64,000 bases of DNA, from positions 23,746,001-23,810,000 of the forward strand of contig OX597824.1 in assembly GCA_951406725.2 (NCBI GenBank), given 5' to 3'. Position 1 is the stretch's first letter; every line of letters begins with the position of its first letter. The stretch is from Octopus vulgaris. Lineage: Eukaryota. The notes under the pieces are model-generated. The model was not told the origin of the DNA, searched no databases, and saw nothing but the letters and a program-made list of their open reading frames with translations. The translations under genes and the position numbers were made by a program. Of the stretch, positions 45,249 through 60,264 are shown piece by piece.

Positions 45249-45643
45249 CTAGCAGTATCGCCCGGCGTTGCTCGGATTTGTAAGGGAAATAACGATATAA
45301 ACATTTTTAGAGATGTAAAGTATAATAGCCATCTCAATATGGCTAACCACAAAGGTGTTACTGTAGCTTTTTACGTTCTGAGATTTAAAAATACATTTTG
45401 AGAGAGTTACTTCCCTTATATAATAGCGAAAAAATGCATTAAAAATGGGAAAAAATGATGGTAAATTTTTTTTTTAATCGTAGACTCATCGTAGACGCGC
45501 GCTAATAGCCAGACGGGCTCGATATGAATTACGACTATAAGATACCCGAATTTGGTTAAACTGCACCGCAAAATGTGGGAGGAGTTAGGAATCTAAATCG
45601 TAGGAGACAGACACTCACACAACTACAGTTTTATATATATAGA
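45249..45643 (-). mobile_element. Non-autonomous Helitron, subfamily variant
   Basis: Same TC... and hairpin-CTAG termini as the 15311 copy, with a different internal segment. Confidence 0.85.
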
Positions 45644-46148
45644 CTAGCAGTATCGCCCGGCGTTGCTCGGGTTTGTAAGGGAAATAACTATATAAGCATT
45701 TTTAGAGAGTTACTTCCCTTATAAATTCGGGCTTTCTTAGCCATTTTGTTTTGGTGTCTTCAAGCCATGAAGTCGTTGTTCTAAAAGAACGCTGGTTTCC
45801 TTCACAACGCATTACGACGTTGATTTCTTTACACTCCCTTCCCCACAGCTTCACGAGGGAGGGAAGGGGGAGAAGCAAACAGGTGCAGCTGTGAGCGTGG
45901 ACGCCAACTCCGCCGCCATCGACATACGATGCATTTTATGCATTAAAATGGAATAAAAAATGATGTTAAATTATTTTTAAAATCGTAGACTCATCGTTGA
46001 CGCGCGCTAATAGTCAGACGGGCTCGATATGAATCACGACTATAAGATACCCGAATTTGGTTAAACTGCACCGCAAAATGTGGGAGGAGTTAGGAATCTA
46101 AATCGAAGGGGACAGACACTCACACAACTAGAGTTTTATATATATAGA
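45644..46148 (-). mobile_element. Non-autonomous Helitron, head-to-tail with 45249-45643
   Basis: Junction on the minus strand is ...TGCTAG|TCTATATATATAAAA. Near-identical to 15311-15821. Confidence 0.88.
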
Positions 46149-46299
46149 TATGTTGTCTTATGACTTTTTTCACGCATGCGAACCACTGGTGGTAAATTAT
46201 TCTAAGTTTTAACACCCATAATTTACACAGTATATGTGTGCGCGCGCGCGGGCGCGTGTGCGTGTATGTGTTTGTGTGTGAGTGTGTTTGTTTGAGTGT

Positions 46300-46686
46300 G
46301 TGTGGTAAGTAGCTTGCTTAGGAACCACATGGTTCCGGGTTCAGTCCCACTGCGTGGCACCTTGAGCAAGTACCTTCTACTATAGCCTCGGGCCGACTAA
46401 AGCCTTGTGAGTGGGTTTGGTAGACAGAAACTGAAAGAAGCCTGTCGTATATATGTATATATATATATATATATGTGTGAGTGTGTGTGTGTATGTTGTG
46501 CATCGGTGTTTGTCCCCCCCAACGTCGCTTGACAACCGATGCTGGTGTGTTTAAGTTTCGGCAAAAATTCCCGATAGAATAAGTACTAGGCTTACAAAGA
46601 ATAAGTCCTGGCGTCGATTTGATTCGACTAAAGGCGTTGATCCAGCATGGCCGCAGTCAAATGACTGAAACAAATAAAAGAATAAA
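46300..46686 (+). mobile_element. SINE family A
   Basis: As for the 33123 copy. Confidence 0.85.
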
Positions 46687-46839
46687 AAAACAAAAGAATA
46701 CTATATATATATATGCCATATTCTTAGGTATACGTAAAGTAGAGAATAAGTATGAAATTATATATATTTGTATATGAGTGATTATGAGTGCAGATACGTG
46801 TGTGTGTGGGCCTGTCTCTCTGTGTCTGTGTGTATGTAA

Positions 46840-46880
<41 letters not shown>

Positions 46881-46920
46881 TGCACATGTGTTTGTGTGTA
46901 CATGTTTGTATGTATGTATG

Positions 46921-46956
<36 letters not shown>

Positions 46957-46992
46957 TGCACATGTGTTTGTGTGTACATGTTTGTATGTATG

Positions 46993-47041
<49 letters not shown>

Positions 47042-47064
47042 GAGACTAAAGTGTACGTACGCCG

Positions 47065-47108
<44 letters not shown>

Positions 47109-47535
47109 GTACAAGTTGAAAGATTAAAAACATATCAAAACAGATTGATTGATGTAAAATCGATAGTGAATATCTACAAGAGTGCAAAGCATTTAAGAAA
47201 ATGGTGCGATAGCTAACACATATCATGAAAACACATGCAAGAGCTATATGCGTTCATTAAGCAACCGAGATGTGGATGTTGAGCCGTAGTAAAAGCTTCA
47301 ATGGTGCTTTCCGTGACCACAAATTTTCTAGAATGTTGGCGATTTGGCGCAGGAAAGTTTGTGTAGTTAAGAACCACGCGTTGTTTGCTAGTACATGATC
47401 CCGATTTTCAGTTCCATTGCTTGGCAGGCATCTTGGCTATTTATTTTCTACTTATAGCCCGCCCCCCGACCAATTCCTTGTGAGTGAATTTGTAGACGGA
47501 ATCTGTGACGAAACCTGGTGTTTATATGGATATAT

Positions 47536-47933
47536 TCTTTTACTCTTTTACTTGTTTCAATCATTTGACTGTGGCCATGCTGGAGCACCGCCTTTAATCG
47601 AGCAACTCGACCCCGGGACTTATTCTTTTGTAAGCCCAGTACTTATTCTATCGGTCTCTTTTTTGCCGAACCGCTAAGTAACGGGGACATAAACACACCA
47701 GCATCGGTTGTCAAGCAATGCTAGGAGGACAAACACAGACACACAAACACACGCATGCATATATATACATATATACGACGGGCTTGTTTCAGTTTCCGTC
47801 TACCAAATCCACTCACAAGGCATTGGTCGGCCCGAGGCTATAGTAGAAGACACTTGCCCAAGGGGCCACGCAGTGGGATTGAACCCGGAACCATGTGGTT
47901 GGTAAGCAAGCTGCTTACCACACAGCCACTCCT
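47536..47933 (-). mobile_element. SINE family A, full length
   Basis: Reverse complement of the family A consensus. Confidence 0.9.
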
Positions 47934-48128
47934 GACTACCTCAAATACCTTATCCACCCATTTCTCCGCAAGAAGTATACCCACGCCCCCGACTTCGTCA
48001 GTGTTCTCTGCTCAGAAAATCTTGTACCTGTGTTCTTTGCCTGTGAGGAACCTAGGGGAACCTCCTCTCCACCCTACTTCTTGGATGCAGCACATATCAA
48101 CACATCTCCGTTCAAGCATCTCAACAAT
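47934..48128 (-). pseudogene. AP-endonuclease (APE) fragment of an RTE-type LINE
   Basis: The minus strand gives IVEMLERRCVDMCCIQEVGWRGGSPRFLTGKEHRYKIF*...GGVGILLAEKWVDKV (DxxCxQE and GVG motifs). Confidence 0.8.
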
Positions 48129-48512
48129 GTGTGGCTCTGTGATATGAAGCTTGCTTCCAAGTCATGTGGTTTGCAGTTACGTCCCACAGCATGACACCTT
48201 GGGCACGTGTCTCCTACTATAGTCTCAGGCCGACCAAAGCCTTGTGAGTTGATTTGGTAGACGGAAACTGAAACAAGCCTATCGTATATATCTATGTATT
48301 TGTGTCTTTGTATCTGTGTTTGTCCCCCCACCATCGATTGAGAACCTGTGTTGGCGTGTTTACGTTCCCGTAACTTAGTGGTTCGGCAAAAGAGACCGAT
48401 AAATTAAGTACCAGATTTTTAAAAAGAGAGTCTTGGGGTCGTTTTGTTCGACTACAACAAAGGCGGTGCCCCAGCATGGCTGCAATGAAATGACTGAAAT
48501 GAGTAAAAGAGA
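48128..48512 (+). mobile_element. SINE family A (diverged)
   Basis: Family A motifs throughout. Confidence 0.8.
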
Positions 48513-48571
48513 AAGATACGTGTGTGTGTGTGTGTGTGAGTGTGTGTGTGTGAGTGTGTGTGTGTGTGTGT

Positions 48572-48622
<51 letters not shown>

Positions 48623-48967
48623 TATGCATTTGTGTTTCTTCAATCTTTATTGCTGGACAGACAACGGTGTTTTGTTTGCGTTTCCATAATTTTGCAATCG
48701 GCCAAAGATAATGACACAATAGGTACTAAAATTTAAAATGTATTAAGTACTGGATTTAATTGTTCAACTAAAGTTATGGTGCTGCTCCAACATGGCCGCA
48801 ATCCAATGTATGAAACAAATAAGTAGTTAAAAGGAAAACAAAAATATTATGAAAACAGGATGCTCCCTCTCATTGGTCGACCAAGAAGCTGATTTCGAAG
48901 ATCTCCAGGTTAGAAAGTTTAGTCTTGAATGGATGGAGTTCAAATCAAATCAGATCTGCATATACGC

Positions 48968-49048
<81 letters not shown>

Positions 49049-49351
49049 AAGACTTTATGTTTCAAAGAAGATATGTCTACTATAACAGCGAAAAGGTAAG
49101 CCGTAGATAAACTATAGGAACTTTGGCAATTAAAAGTAAACACCGATCCGATTTATTTTATCTTTCTTAAGAAACGTCAGAGATTACTTATAAAAACTTC
49201 TTAGCTGCAAAAGTGAACAAGAGCAAATTTGCTTGTGAGTAAAATACAATATCTTTTTTGTGGCGCAAATATATTTACTGAAGTAATTCAATAATAAAGA
49301 ATTAGACCTATTATATATGATATCCATATATCGATGGATATATATATGTGT

Positions 49352-49383
<32 letters not shown>

Positions 49384-49581
49384 ATCTAGAGAGAGAGAGA
49401 GAGAGAGGGGACATATATATATATAGGATGATCCAAACGAGTAGGTATGCTGCTTCCAAACCACATGGTTCCGGGTTCAATCCCACTGCGTCCCATTACT
49501 ATAGCCTTGGACCGACCAAAGCCTTTTGAGTGGATTTGGTAGACGGAAATTAAAAGCTCGTCGTATGTATATATATGTATG

Positions 49582-49695
<114 letters not shown>

Positions 49696-49707
49696 TTATA
49701 TATATAC

Positions 49708-49758
<51 letters not shown>

Positions 49759-50327
49759 CATACATACATATATACATACATATATATGAATGTGTATATA
49801 TATATATATATGTATGTATATGTATATTTGTGTGTGTGTGTGTGTGTGTACACGCGCATGTGTGTGGCTGGCGCATGTGTGCTTATTTATTTATATACAT
49901 ATATACATGCCTACGTGAATATACTTGTTATATAATCTATACACACACATTCATACACAAGAGAACGGTTATGTAACAAGTGTGTGTGTTTGCTAACTAT
50001 CCTCTGGCATTAGATCGCGACTGTCAATCATGTAACATTATGTAAATATATTTTCACCTGCCTTGCTGTGTTTACAATAGTAAAAAGTAGATATATAAGT
50101 TTTGTTCTTAACTTGTGCAGCTAAGAGTAGAGTCGAACAATAAGCAGCTGAGCTGTAAATGTATCGAAGCACTAGAGTTGTTCACCGTTTTTAAGAGCTT
50201 TTTTCTACATTTTAATGTAAAGGTATTAAACACACGTGTAGCAAATTTATGTGTGAGACTGTTATATACACTTTCATTCCAGAAGAACAACGTTGGTCTT
50301 GCTGTTACAATAATGATAACAGTAATA

Positions 50328-50375
<48 letters not shown>

Positions 50376-50393
50376 GATAATAATAATATGGAA

Positions 50394-50776
50394 GCACTCC
50401 GTCGGTTACAACGATGAGGGTTCCGGTTGATCCGAATCAACGGAACAGCCTGCTCGTGAAATTAACGTGTAAGTGGCTGAGCACTCCACAGGCACGTGCA
50501 CCCTTAACGTAGTTCTCGGGGGGATATTCAGCGTGACACAGAGAGTGACAAGGCCGGCCCTTTGAAATACAGGTACAACGGAAACAGGAAGTAAGAGTGA
50601 GAGAAAGTTGTGGTGAAAGAGTACAGCAGGGATCACCACCATCTCCTGCCGGAGCCTCGTAGAGCTTTTAGGTGTTTTCGCTCAAAAAACACTCACAACG
50701 CCCGGTCTGGGAATCGAAACCGCGATCCTATGACCGCGAGTCCGCTGCCCTAACCACTGGGCCATTGCGCCTCCAC
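50394..50776 (-). mobile_element. SINE family C, full length
   Basis: Reverse complement of the 16134 copy. Confidence 0.9.
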
Positions 50777-50824
<48 letters not shown>

Positions 50825-50841
50825 TAATAATAATAACAACA

Positions 50842-51507
<666 letters not shown>

Positions 51508-51959
51508 ATCATAATAATAATAATTGTTTCAAATTTTGAAAATTTAGCGGTTCGGCAAAAAGAGACCGATAGAAGAAGTACTGGGCTTACAAAAGAATAA
51601 GTCCCAGGGTCGATTTGCTCGACTAAAGGCGGTGCTCCAGCATGGCCACAGTCAAATGACTGAAACAAGTAAAAGAGTAAAAAGAGAGGGGAGCTATCTT
51701 GGGGAAGGTGTTAAGTCGATTACATCGACCCCAGTGTTTCACTGATATTTAATTCATCGACCCCGAAAGGATGAAAGGTAATGTCGATCTCAGCGGAATT
51801 TTGAACTCTGAACGTAGCGACAGGCGAAATACCGGTAAGTTTTTATTTACAAGGCTTTGGTCAGCCCGAGGTTATAGTAGAAGACACTTTCCCAAAGTGC
51901 AAAGCGGTGGAACTGAACCTGGAACCCTGTGATTGGGAAGAAAGCTTCATATATACATG

Positions 51960-53130
51960 TATAAATGACCCGACCAAAGTGAAGTACAAAAAGGGAGTAG
52001 GACATCCATCAAACTCCACCACTAATGTGAAGAGTCAAAGAACTTGAGAAATGTTTCTGGCGAACCGACGAGTGACCATTGATGAGATTGCAGCTTCTCT
52101 ACGAATTAGTCATGGTTCTACATACGAAATCATTCATGACAAGCTTCGCTTTCGATAAGTTTGTGCTTCTTGGGTGTTAAGAGAACTTATTGAAACGCAT
52201 AAGCGCAATTGTGTGCAGATGTGTCAGCGTTTACTCGACGGCTACAACAATTAAGGTGAAGCTTCTTTTGGAGAGAATTGTCACAAGAGATGAGGCCTGG
52301 GTCCATCACCTTGAGTCAGAATCCAGAAGGCAGAGTATGGAAAGAAAACGACAGGAATCACCCTCGAAAAAGAAATTCGAGACTCAACCTATTTCTTTAC
52401 TACCCACAAGGGGCTAAACATAGAAGGGACAAACAAGGACAGACAGAAGTATTAAGTCGATTACATCGACCCCAGTGCGTAACTGGTACTTTATTTATCG
52501 ACCCCGAAAGGATGAAAGGCAAAGTCGACCTCGTTGGAATTTGAACTCACAACGTAACGACAGACGAAACACCGCTAAGCATTTCGCCCGGCGTGCTCAC
52601 GTTTCTGCCAGCTCGCCGCCTCTTCCTTCGAGACTCAACCTTCGGCGGAAACAGTGATGCTAACCGTTTTTTCAATTTATTTTTTTTACGGAAAAGTGTC
52701 TATACTAGAGCATTACCTGGAAAATGAGTCTACATTCACCAGTTCAGGCCACAGTAAAATGCTGGCTAACAAACTGGAACTAGCAATTCGTACCAAACAC
52801 TGAGGGCCGTTTTAAGAGCATGTGCTACTGTTGGACGACAACGCAAGCCCACATACGGTCACCCCCCACAGTTGAATCCGTTCAAACGTTGGGTTTCGAG
52901 TTGTTGGAACACTCTACGTACAGTCAAAATCTCGGCGCTATCAAGTACCGACTCCTTGGTACTCGACAACCTTTACGAGATCGTCGATTTGCCACGAACA
53001 AAGAAACGCAGGAAGCTACTGGACCGGCGGGGAATCTTCTCTGATGGAATAACCAAGGTTGTTGGCCACTGGAAGAAGTACATCGAAAAGCAAGAAGACT
53101 TTGTAGGAAACTGTTGTAATTGTTCAAGCC
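51960..53130 (+). pseudogene. Mariner transposase relic interrupted by SINE B
   Basis: NRRVTIDEIAASLRISHGS, IVTRDEAWVHH (GDETW motif), LLLDDNASPH (HDNA motif) and HSTYSQNLGAIKYRLLG (HPPYSPDLAPSDYHLF motif). Confidence 0.88.
52376..52641 (-). mobile_element. SINE family B monomer with 15-bp TSD
   Basis: TTCGAGACTCAACCT at 52376-52390 and 52627-52641. Confidence 0.92.
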
Positions 53131-53151
53131 CTGCTTTTATTTAAGTAAATT

Positions 53152-53430
53152 ATTCAATTCAATTCAATTCAATGTTTACTGGCTCAAAAAGCAAAAGCAA
53201 AACCATGTAGGGGGACAGGGAGGGTGGTCATACAAAGAGTTCGGGCTATTTCTGGTCAAGAGAGAATTTGAACCGAGCGGTCGTCAGCATCTTCACTATC
53301 TCGTCCGGCAGCTTATTCCACGGATCCGCAACCCGGACGGAGAAAGCCCCTCTCCTTCGATTGACTTGAAATCGTCGTAGATAGAGCTTTTCGGAGTGAC
53401 CCCGCAAACAAGAGTGAAACAAGAGTGCAT
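53152..53430 (-). mobile_element. CR1/L2-clade LINE 3' end with (ATTGA)n tail
   Basis: The minus strand gives LRGHSEKLYLRRFQVNRRRGAFSVRVADPWNKLPDEIV..., the RGH / FSxRV / WNxLP motifs. Confidence 0.85.
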
Positions 53431-53841
53431 ACTATTTTTGACTTACTCTCGTACATAAATGTGTATGTATGCATGTATGTATGTATGTATGTATGTATGT
53501 ATGTATGTATGTATGTATGTATGTATGTATGTATGTATGTATTATAGGCAGCGCTGAAGACTTATTGTATAATGAATTTGAATGCATATATATTAAAACC
53601 TTGTCTGAGTCCCGCATTATTTAAAGTTTCGTAGACGTAAATCAACGACTCACTCATCAGACAGTTTGAGATTCCAAGGCAACCGATTCGTTAGCGGATG
53701 ATTTACGTTTATGAATCGCCAAGCAATGCGCGACTCAAATACTCACTTAATACTTACATACATACATTATTACAAATACTTACATCATATATGTGCGCAT
53801 ACACATACAGACACTCGTACGTACACAAACACAAACACACA

Positions 53842-53884
<43 letters not shown>

Positions 53885-54649
53885 ACAAATGTTGGCGGGA
53901 TGGTCAGGGAATGGAACATCATAAATCATTCTGTTCGGTCAGTGCTAAATTTTAAGTTAAGGCTAAGCAACAAGAACAACACCAACAATGATAACGACAC
54001 CAAAAACCGCCACCGCTGCCACCGCCATCGCCACCTTCACCACCGCCATCGCCACCTCCACCACAAACATCGCCACCTCCGCCACTAACATCGCCACCAC
54101 CACCACCACCGTCACCACAACCACGACCATCACTCCCCCCCCCATCACCAAGAACAACGATAATGCTAATAATAGAAGCGATCTGGTTGACCGTTATACA
54201 AATATCTATTATGGGAAAGATTCCCATGAACACATACAAAGACATTCCTTTTCATGAACAATGTTACACACAACCACACACACACACACACCAACGTGAC
54301 AAAGTTGCCTTTAAGTGGCTGGTTAACTAGCTAGAAAGAGCAGCAAAATTTCACCTCCATAACAACGGATTCAAGACATATTGAGGAAGGAATTTCAACG
54401 CCCACACACGTGAACACGCACAGCTGTATACACACACAAGCGCGCGCAACTTAAAGAATGACCGTTTACGTAATTGATTAACAGCAAAATTTCTTCTAAT
54501 ATTTACAAACAAACCAAAACAACACACAAAGTATTTATTTATCTATGGCATGCTTTGTTCCGAGTTCGATCCTATAATTCGGCGAGACTTTGGATAAATA
54601 TCTAAGAGACCAAAAGTCGAAACAGCTTGAAAAATCAAGCCAGGATTTA

Positions 54650-54752
<103 letters not shown>

Positions 54753-55199
54753 AGACCAAAGTGTACGTACGTCGCTATATAGAGATTATCTTCGCAATTT
54801 CGGCTGATTATTCTTGAGATTGCTCCAATCTGGCAATCCACAAGGAAAAACTAAGCTAAGAGCATTAGATTCATTTAAAGAAAGCAGCGAATGTATACAA
54901 AAACAAGAACGGAAAAAAACGGACAATGTTAGACAAGAATAATCAGCCGAAATTGCGGGGATAATCTGGTACTTGACTGAGGAAAGAAAACTTCGAATGA
55001 CCCGTCCTTGCTTTCTTTGTATCGTCTATCTGGATGTTTTGTAGTCCCATTTTTTATCACCTAGCTGTCTGGATGTTTTGCATTCTTGTCCTATTTTATA
55101 TTTTATATATATATATATATACAATAATAAATCTCTGAGCGAGATATAGACAGTAACTGCTCTATAACAGCCACATTCAGATGGCTGATCCCCCTTATG

Positions 55200-55273
<74 letters not shown>

Positions 55274-55332
55274 CCATGCAACGTTACATAAATATAAACC
55301 CGATTTTCAAATGTCATGGAACAAACACACAC

Positions 55333-55368
<36 letters not shown>

Positions 55369-55651
55369 CAAAAATTGAGTGTAAAATTAATTAATTATTA
55401 ATCAATTTCACCAAGTGTTCAGTATGCAAAGGGACCATTTAAGGCGAATTCAAATTATTACAATATATAAAAGGGCTTAGTAAAATAAATTACTTTGCCG
55501 CATACTGAACTCATTAGAAATAGCAGCTAAAAAACTTTTTTAAAAACCATTTCTAATACTTAAAGAAAATCTCTCTCATATAGTGCTTGCTCAACTCAAC
55601 TCACGAAAGTTTGGGGGTACAGACATCAAAAAATCAAATGCAAAGGTTATT

Positions 55652-55703
55652 TGAGAACGTACGTTTCAAGATTAGTCAACACGACACTTCTATCATCAGC
55701 TCA
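55652..55703 (-). ncRNA. Type I hammerhead ribozyme
   Basis: Minus strand: TGAG CTGATGA TAGAAGTGTC-GTGTT-GACTAATCTT GAAA CGTACG TT CTCA. Stem I TGAG/CTCA; palindromic stem III; GUU cleavage triplet. Confidence 0.7.
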
Positions 55704-55907
55704 GAAACTCCTTGGTTTGGATTTGAAAACACTGAAAGTGAGAGCATACTCTTTCGGCTTTTTTAAAAAAGTTTTTTGATATTGCAAGCAAAAATGAATA
55801 TTGAAAAAAACGCATTTGGCCAAATTTGGACATACGACAGTTTGACATAATAGCAACGATATATATATATATTGGCCTGTGGGCAATAAAGAAATATATA
55901 TACATTT

Positions 55908-56325
55908 AGGCGTAGGAGTGACTGTGTGATAAGCAGCTTACTTACGAACCACATGGTTCCGGGTTCAGTCCCACTGCGTGGCACCTTGGGTAAGTGTCTT
56001 CTGCTATAGCCTCGGGCCGACCAAAGCCTTTTAAGTAGATTTGGTAGACGGAAACTGAAAGAAGCCCGTCGTATATATGTATGTATATATATATATATGT
56101 AGGTGTGTGTATATGTTTGTGTGTCTGTGTTTGTCCTCCCCAACATCGCTTGACACCGGATGGTGGTGTGTTTACGTCCACGTAACTTAGCGGTTCGGCA
56201 AAAGAGACCGATAGAATAAGTACTAGGCTTACAAAGAATAAGTCCTAGGGTCGATTTGCTCGAATAAAGGCGGTGCTTCAGCATGGCCACAGTCAAATGA
56301 GTAAAACAAGTAAAAGAGTAAAAGA

Positions 56326-56326
<1 letters not shown>
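55908..56326 (+). mobile_element. SINE family A, full length
   Basis: As for the 33123 copy. Confidence 0.9.
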
Positions 56327-56368
<42 letters not shown>

Positions 56369-56469
56369 GGAGTAAAATATAAATGTGAAACAAGGTGGAA
56401 AAAAAGAGTACTCAAATACCAGTGGTAGAGTAATATGCTTATTTAAAGCAGCAGAAAATTCAACAAAAT

Positions 56470-56507
56470 CTGTTACTCTGAGTTTCTCGTTGCCGTTCAT
56501 CAGACAG
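56470..56507 (-). ncRNA. Minimal type I hammerhead ribozyme at the axis of a 133-bp fold-back (56439-56571)
   Basis: Minus strand: CTGT CTGATGA A CG-GCAA-CG A GAAA CTC-A-GAG TA ACAG. The 64-bp arms have one mismatch and a 5-nt loop GACAG. Confidence 0.7.
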
Positions 56508-56572
56508 TGATGAACGGCAACGAGAAACTCAGAGTAACAGATTTTGTTGAATTCTCTGCTGCTTTAAATAAA

Positions 56573-56620
<48 letters not shown>

Positions 56621-57289
56621 GGTAAAAAGAACACAAACTGGGACAAGAACGTGAAACATTTTGAAGACGGACAAAAAAACACACAGTCATCAGTCAAGAA
56701 CCAGATCATCTTCGCAATTTCGGCTGATTAATCTTGAGATTGCTCCAGAGTAAAAGATTAAAAAAGTATATATATATATATATATATTTGGAAAGAAAAT
56801 AATAAAAAATTAAATAAAATCACTGCTTTGATCATAAATCTCTTCCTTGAAATTTAACCTGGGGCTAAACGACGTCGCATTAAAACAACATCGTAGAGAC
56901 CACAACAACAGCATGAACACACTTGCATACACACGTACATACACATACACACACTCGCGTATCCCACTTTATACGCACTTTGACACACATAAGCTATTAA
57001 TATGACTGACCACACGTATATTTGTATACAAACGTTCCCACGCAAATATTCATACACGTTCTCATGAACATGGTCTGTCTTTTTCTCCGTCTCTCTTTCT
57101 CACTCTCTCTCTCTCTCTCTCTTTCTTTTTCTCTCTCACACACACAGACACACACATACATATATATACACTCTTTTCACTACCTCGCTCTTTCTTTCAC
57201 TCTCTCTCTTTCTCTCTCGTTCTCTGTCTCTCTTTGTCTCACTCTGTCTCTCTCTCTTGCTCTCTTTCTTTCTACTCTTTACCTCGCTA

Positions 57290-57760
57290 ATGCACACACA
57301 CACACACACATACACACACACGTATATATACGTAGTTATACACACTCACAACCGCACACAATCATATACATATACACACACACTCGCACCCGCACACACA
57401 CACATACACACACACGCGCGTATATATACGTAGTTATATCACATACATATACACACACACTCGCACTCGCACACACACACACACATACACACACATACGT
57501 ATATATACGTAGTTATATCAGATACATATACACACACACTCGCACTCGCACACACACACACATACACACACACACACGTATATATACGTAGTTATATCAC
57601 AATCACATACATATATACACATACTCGCACTCACACACACACATACACACACACGTATATATTCATAGTTAAACGCACTCACAACGTACACAATCACATA
57701 CGTATACGCACACACACACTCGCACTCGCACACACACATACACACTCACTCACATACGCA
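57290..57760. repeat. CA-rich minisatellite (~85-110-bp units)
   Basis: The anchor CGTATATATACGTAGTTATA recurs near 57321, 57419, 57498 and 57577. Confidence 0.8.
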
Positions 57761-57869
57761 TACACGTATTAACATTAATATGTATACATACACAAAAGTA
57801 TAAGGATACACATGTATGTATAAAGATGCGAATTACAAACACAAAACATACGCAGTCACAAGAAAGTAG

Positions 57870-57909
<40 letters not shown>

Positions 57910-58009
57910 GTATTTAATGCACACACCCATATATATTCACACTAGCATGCATATCCATGCACGCACACACACACAAACACACACGCACAAACATAAATAC
58001 AATCACACA

Positions 58010-58042
<33 letters not shown>

Positions 58043-58172
58043 CTCCGAGCACTCACACACACACACAAACACACACGCACAAACATAAATACAATCACAC
58101 ACACTCATACACACTTTCATACACACACACACACACACACGCACACACATATCCGAGTACTCACACACACTC

Positions 58173-58204
<32 letters not shown>

Positions 58205-58257
58205 GCACAAACATAAATACAATCACACACACTCATACACACTTTCATACACACTTT

Positions 58258-58293
<36 letters not shown>

Positions 58294-58317
58294 GTCACAC
58301 GGTCACACGTATCCACG

Positions 58318-58352
<35 letters not shown>

Positions 58353-58705
58353 ATACCTACTCATACCTACTCATACACTCATACCTACTAATAGTTTGGG
58401 TGTGACAAGATTTATAATTGTCATTCTTCACTCTTAATATTTACGTTTAACAATTTCTTTGTTATTTGTTCCTCTTGTATCAATTCTCTTTATTTCTTTG
58501 TTTATTTGTTTCCTACCGGCCAATGTCAACACAAACAAAGCGTGGGAAATATCTACAAACAAACCAAAACGGAACAAACAAAATCCATCCAGTTATTTAT
58601 GGCATATTTTGTTCCGAGGTCGATTCTATATTTTGGCGACACCTTAGTTAACTATCTTTAAGTTCAAGAGTTGAAGAATCTAAACTGGCGTTTACTATCA
58701 CCGTG

Positions 58706-58806
<101 letters not shown>

Positions 58807-58926
58807 GTATGTATGTATGTATGTATGTATGTATGTATGTTTGTATGTATGTTTGTCTCTCTGTCTGTCAACGTATCTAGCCAGCAGTCTGTCTGTCTGT
58901 CACTCTGTCTCTCTGTTTTTCAGTCA

Positions 58927-59001
<75 letters not shown>

Positions 59002-59055
59002 AATTTGTATGACGGTCTGTTTGTCATCTAGATAGATAGACAAATAGATAGATAA

Positions 59056-59108
<53 letters not shown>

Positions 59109-59122
59109 CAAACAGACAAAAT

Positions 59123-59182
<60 letters not shown>

Positions 59183-59561
59183 TAACGGGTTTTACCACGA
59201 TTTCCAACAGACAAATTCCCTCTCAAGGGCTTGGGTCGGCCTAGAGTTACAATGGAAGACACTTCACTTGCCCAAGGTGCCGCGCATTGAGACTGAAACC
59301 CAAACCATATGGATGCAAAACCAACTTCTTTATCAAATCGCCTTCTTTACACAAAATGCGACATAAAATATGAACACAAACGCGCGCGCGCGCACACACA
59401 CCTTTGTATACGCCATGTGTTTCTCTGACAGTTTTTACTAGACGGTCTATAAATAGTGTTGTCATTGTGACGTAGATAAAGATCTGGAGTAGATGTTTAT
59501 TTGCAGTACATCTTGAATGTAAGTATATCTTACGTAAGCACAAGGTTATACAATTTATTAT

Positions 59562-59598
<37 letters not shown>

Positions 59599-59836
59599 AA
59601 CTGACACCAACACATACACACACACACACGCCTACCAGTCCAATCATTCATTCACTTAACCCACGAATACCTATCAATTGAGTTACCTGGCTATAAATAG
59701 GCTTCTATATACGTCTCTTTATCTTTCCATCTATATACCTCTCACACTATGTATGTATATATGTATGTACGTATATATATATATACGTGTATATATATAT
59801 ATGTACGTACGTGTATATATATATATATGTACGTAC

Positions 59837-59872
<36 letters not shown>

Positions 59873-59901
59873 ATATATATATATCTGTGTGTGTGTGTAT
59901 G

Positions 59902-60166
59902 TGTGGAGGCGCAATGGCCCAGTGGTTAGGTTAGCGGACTCGCGGTCGTAGGATCGCGGTTTCGATTCCCAGACCGTGAGTGTTTATTGAGCCAAAACAC
60001 CTAAAGCTCCACGAGTCTCCGGCAAGAGGTGGTGGCGATCCTTGCTGTACTCTTTCGCTACAATCTCTCTCGCTCTGACGCGATGGCTAAAACAATGCGA
60101 AGCGCATTGTGACCAGCTATGTGTAGCAGCATCTGATAGCCTGGTCGGTCACGGTGATCACGGTGA
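59902..60166 (+). mobile_element. SINE C head fused to a different tail ending in (CACGGTGAT)2
   Basis: Matches family C up to ~60070, then diverges. Confidence 0.7.
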
Positions 60167-60181
60167 TATATATATACATAC

Positions 60182-60259
<78 letters not shown>

Positions 60260-60264
<5 letters not shown>

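Noticed and set aside
53602-53664. HHR-like CTGATGA-stem II-GAAA (minus strand)
   Set aside because: Stem II pairs well, but there is no properly placed UH or stem I partner.
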